A stretch of 63,948 nucleotides of DNA, counting the filler, from Olpidium bornovanus S191 (taxonomy: Eukaryota > Fungi > Olpidiomycota), in assembly GCA_017911155.1 (NCBI GenBank). It is 29 parts of 29 records of this genome, joined end to end, with 100 filler letters (N's around TTAATTAATTAA, not from the genome) between each part and the next. Parts side by side here need not be neighbours in the genome. Positions count along the whole stretch, not along the records: positions 60,595 to 63,948 come from JAEFCI010004804.1; 28 more parts are not named here. The stretch is one strand, 5' to 3'. Below are positions 62,855 to 63,948 of the stretch, one piece after another. Each line of letters begins with the position of its first letter. Positions within the stretch are counted from its first letter, which is position 1. The notes beneath the pieces were generated by a model. It did not search any database and had not been told where the DNA came from. It saw only the letters and a program-made list of their open reading frames with translations. The position numbers and the translations under genes were made by a program.

Positions 62855-63948
62855 CTCGAATAATTTAATCTCTTAGGATATTGCAGGTTGTCCTGCTAGT
62901 GGAGAACGACTGCCTCCCGAAGGACACAAGAGAGCACGCCGACTTCGGATATGGCGGCAGTCCTGAAAATAGAGGGAGAAGGGCAGGAGAAGTGTTTGGG
63001 AGTAAGGCCAGAATTTGAAAGGAGAAATGCACGGAAAGTAACGCTAACCGCATCACCTAGGCAAGATGGTAGCTTAAATGGAGTAGGTTGTTTGCATCGA
63101 ACACAGCGAGATGTTTTTGAGCCGCGTCCCCCTCGCGAATTCTGCCGCGAATACTATGATCTCGTCCGGTGTACAGTGCGAACACGCTCAGGGACTGCGG
63201 CTCAAACTCCCCCTTTCTGATGCATAATAATTATGAAGGAAGAAGCCAACTTTGCGGCGGACCCGAACCGCACCCAAACCAAAAAAAAAAAAAAATTCCC
63301 CCCCTCTCTTCTTCCCCCAAAGCCGAAAACTAGCCCGTATTCAAACCACGAACCACACGTTCCGGCGAAATTTTGGAAAACTGAAATAACCATCGCCCAC
63401 TCTCACTAACCACCACACACGCCAGAAGGAGCTGAAGATTGGTGAGGCTGCTAAGCGCATGTAATTGCGGCTAAGTGACTCTAATTTCCAATTCAAAACG
63501 GGGGAGGTAAAAGTATTTCAGGCGTGTCAGAGGATTCTGCATCCGGCTTTCCCGGCGGTGAGATTTGTCTCGAAGGTGAGAAATTCTGGTCTGCCGGAAC
63601 GAGGCAGGCGGCGCTCCTAGACATTCTATCTAGTCTGTCTTCCAATCCAATGACGTGACTTCATGAATTTCACTTTTCTGCTGTGCTGCCAGATGTAGGA
63701 CTATTTCTAAGCGTCGCGGGGTTTCTGACATTTCAAACGGTAACATTTCTCGAACGGCATAATTTATACATGTTTTGCGGAAACTTAGCGAGCCTAGGGG
63801 GATTCAAGCTTTCATTTCGTGCGATGACATGTCTTCATAAACCTAGTTGGCGGATCCGCTGCTCGACAGCCGTTCTTCGGACGTGTCAGATTATTCTGTT
63901 TTTGACTTTTCAAAACGCTTTCAGAAAGGCAACATTGTCTCAAGGTAA

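Noticed and set aside
62860-63948. Region downstream of IPK2
   Set aside because: Only short ORFs; no RNA gene or repeat recognised

Overview
This window is not a contiguous chromosome segment. It is 29 short eukaryotic contigs (about 1-4.6 kb each) joined by an identical 100-bp artificial linker (44 N + TTAATTAATTAA + 44 N), so gene adjacency means something only within a contig. The DNA is GC-rich with short GT-AG introns and CTAAC-type branch points. Gene content is fungal (copper-fist transcription factor, Snt2-like protein, hybrid histidine kinase) but includes the axonemal dynein assembly factor ZMYND10, so I infer a zoosporic fungus (Olpidium/chytrid-like). Recognisable, mostly partial, genes: RCC1, S1/P1 nuclease, CAF1/POP2, beta-tubulin, histidine kinase, TOR, copper-fist factor, CaMK-like kinase, SH3-SH3-RhoGEF, SZT2, a PPR protein, SNT2, a rhodanese protein, enoyl-CoA isomerase, CCDC130/YJU2B, ADA1, ZMYND10, PDB1, PRE7, PRP3 and IPK2, plus tRNA-Leu(UAG) and several Ty1/copia fragments. 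The strongest unusual signals are: (1) a copia-type protease-integrase fused to a Ty3/gypsy-like capsid, with a half-tRNA-iMet primer site and a 12-bp tandem array in its leader; (2) a 734-bp TIR element whose uninterrupted homologous site is visible on another contig; (3) a fungal SZT2 (KICSTOR) homologue; (4) a 61-bp-period array with a conserved core; (5) a strong excess of contig ends at CATG. All protein assignments come from motif recognition by eye; no searches were run.
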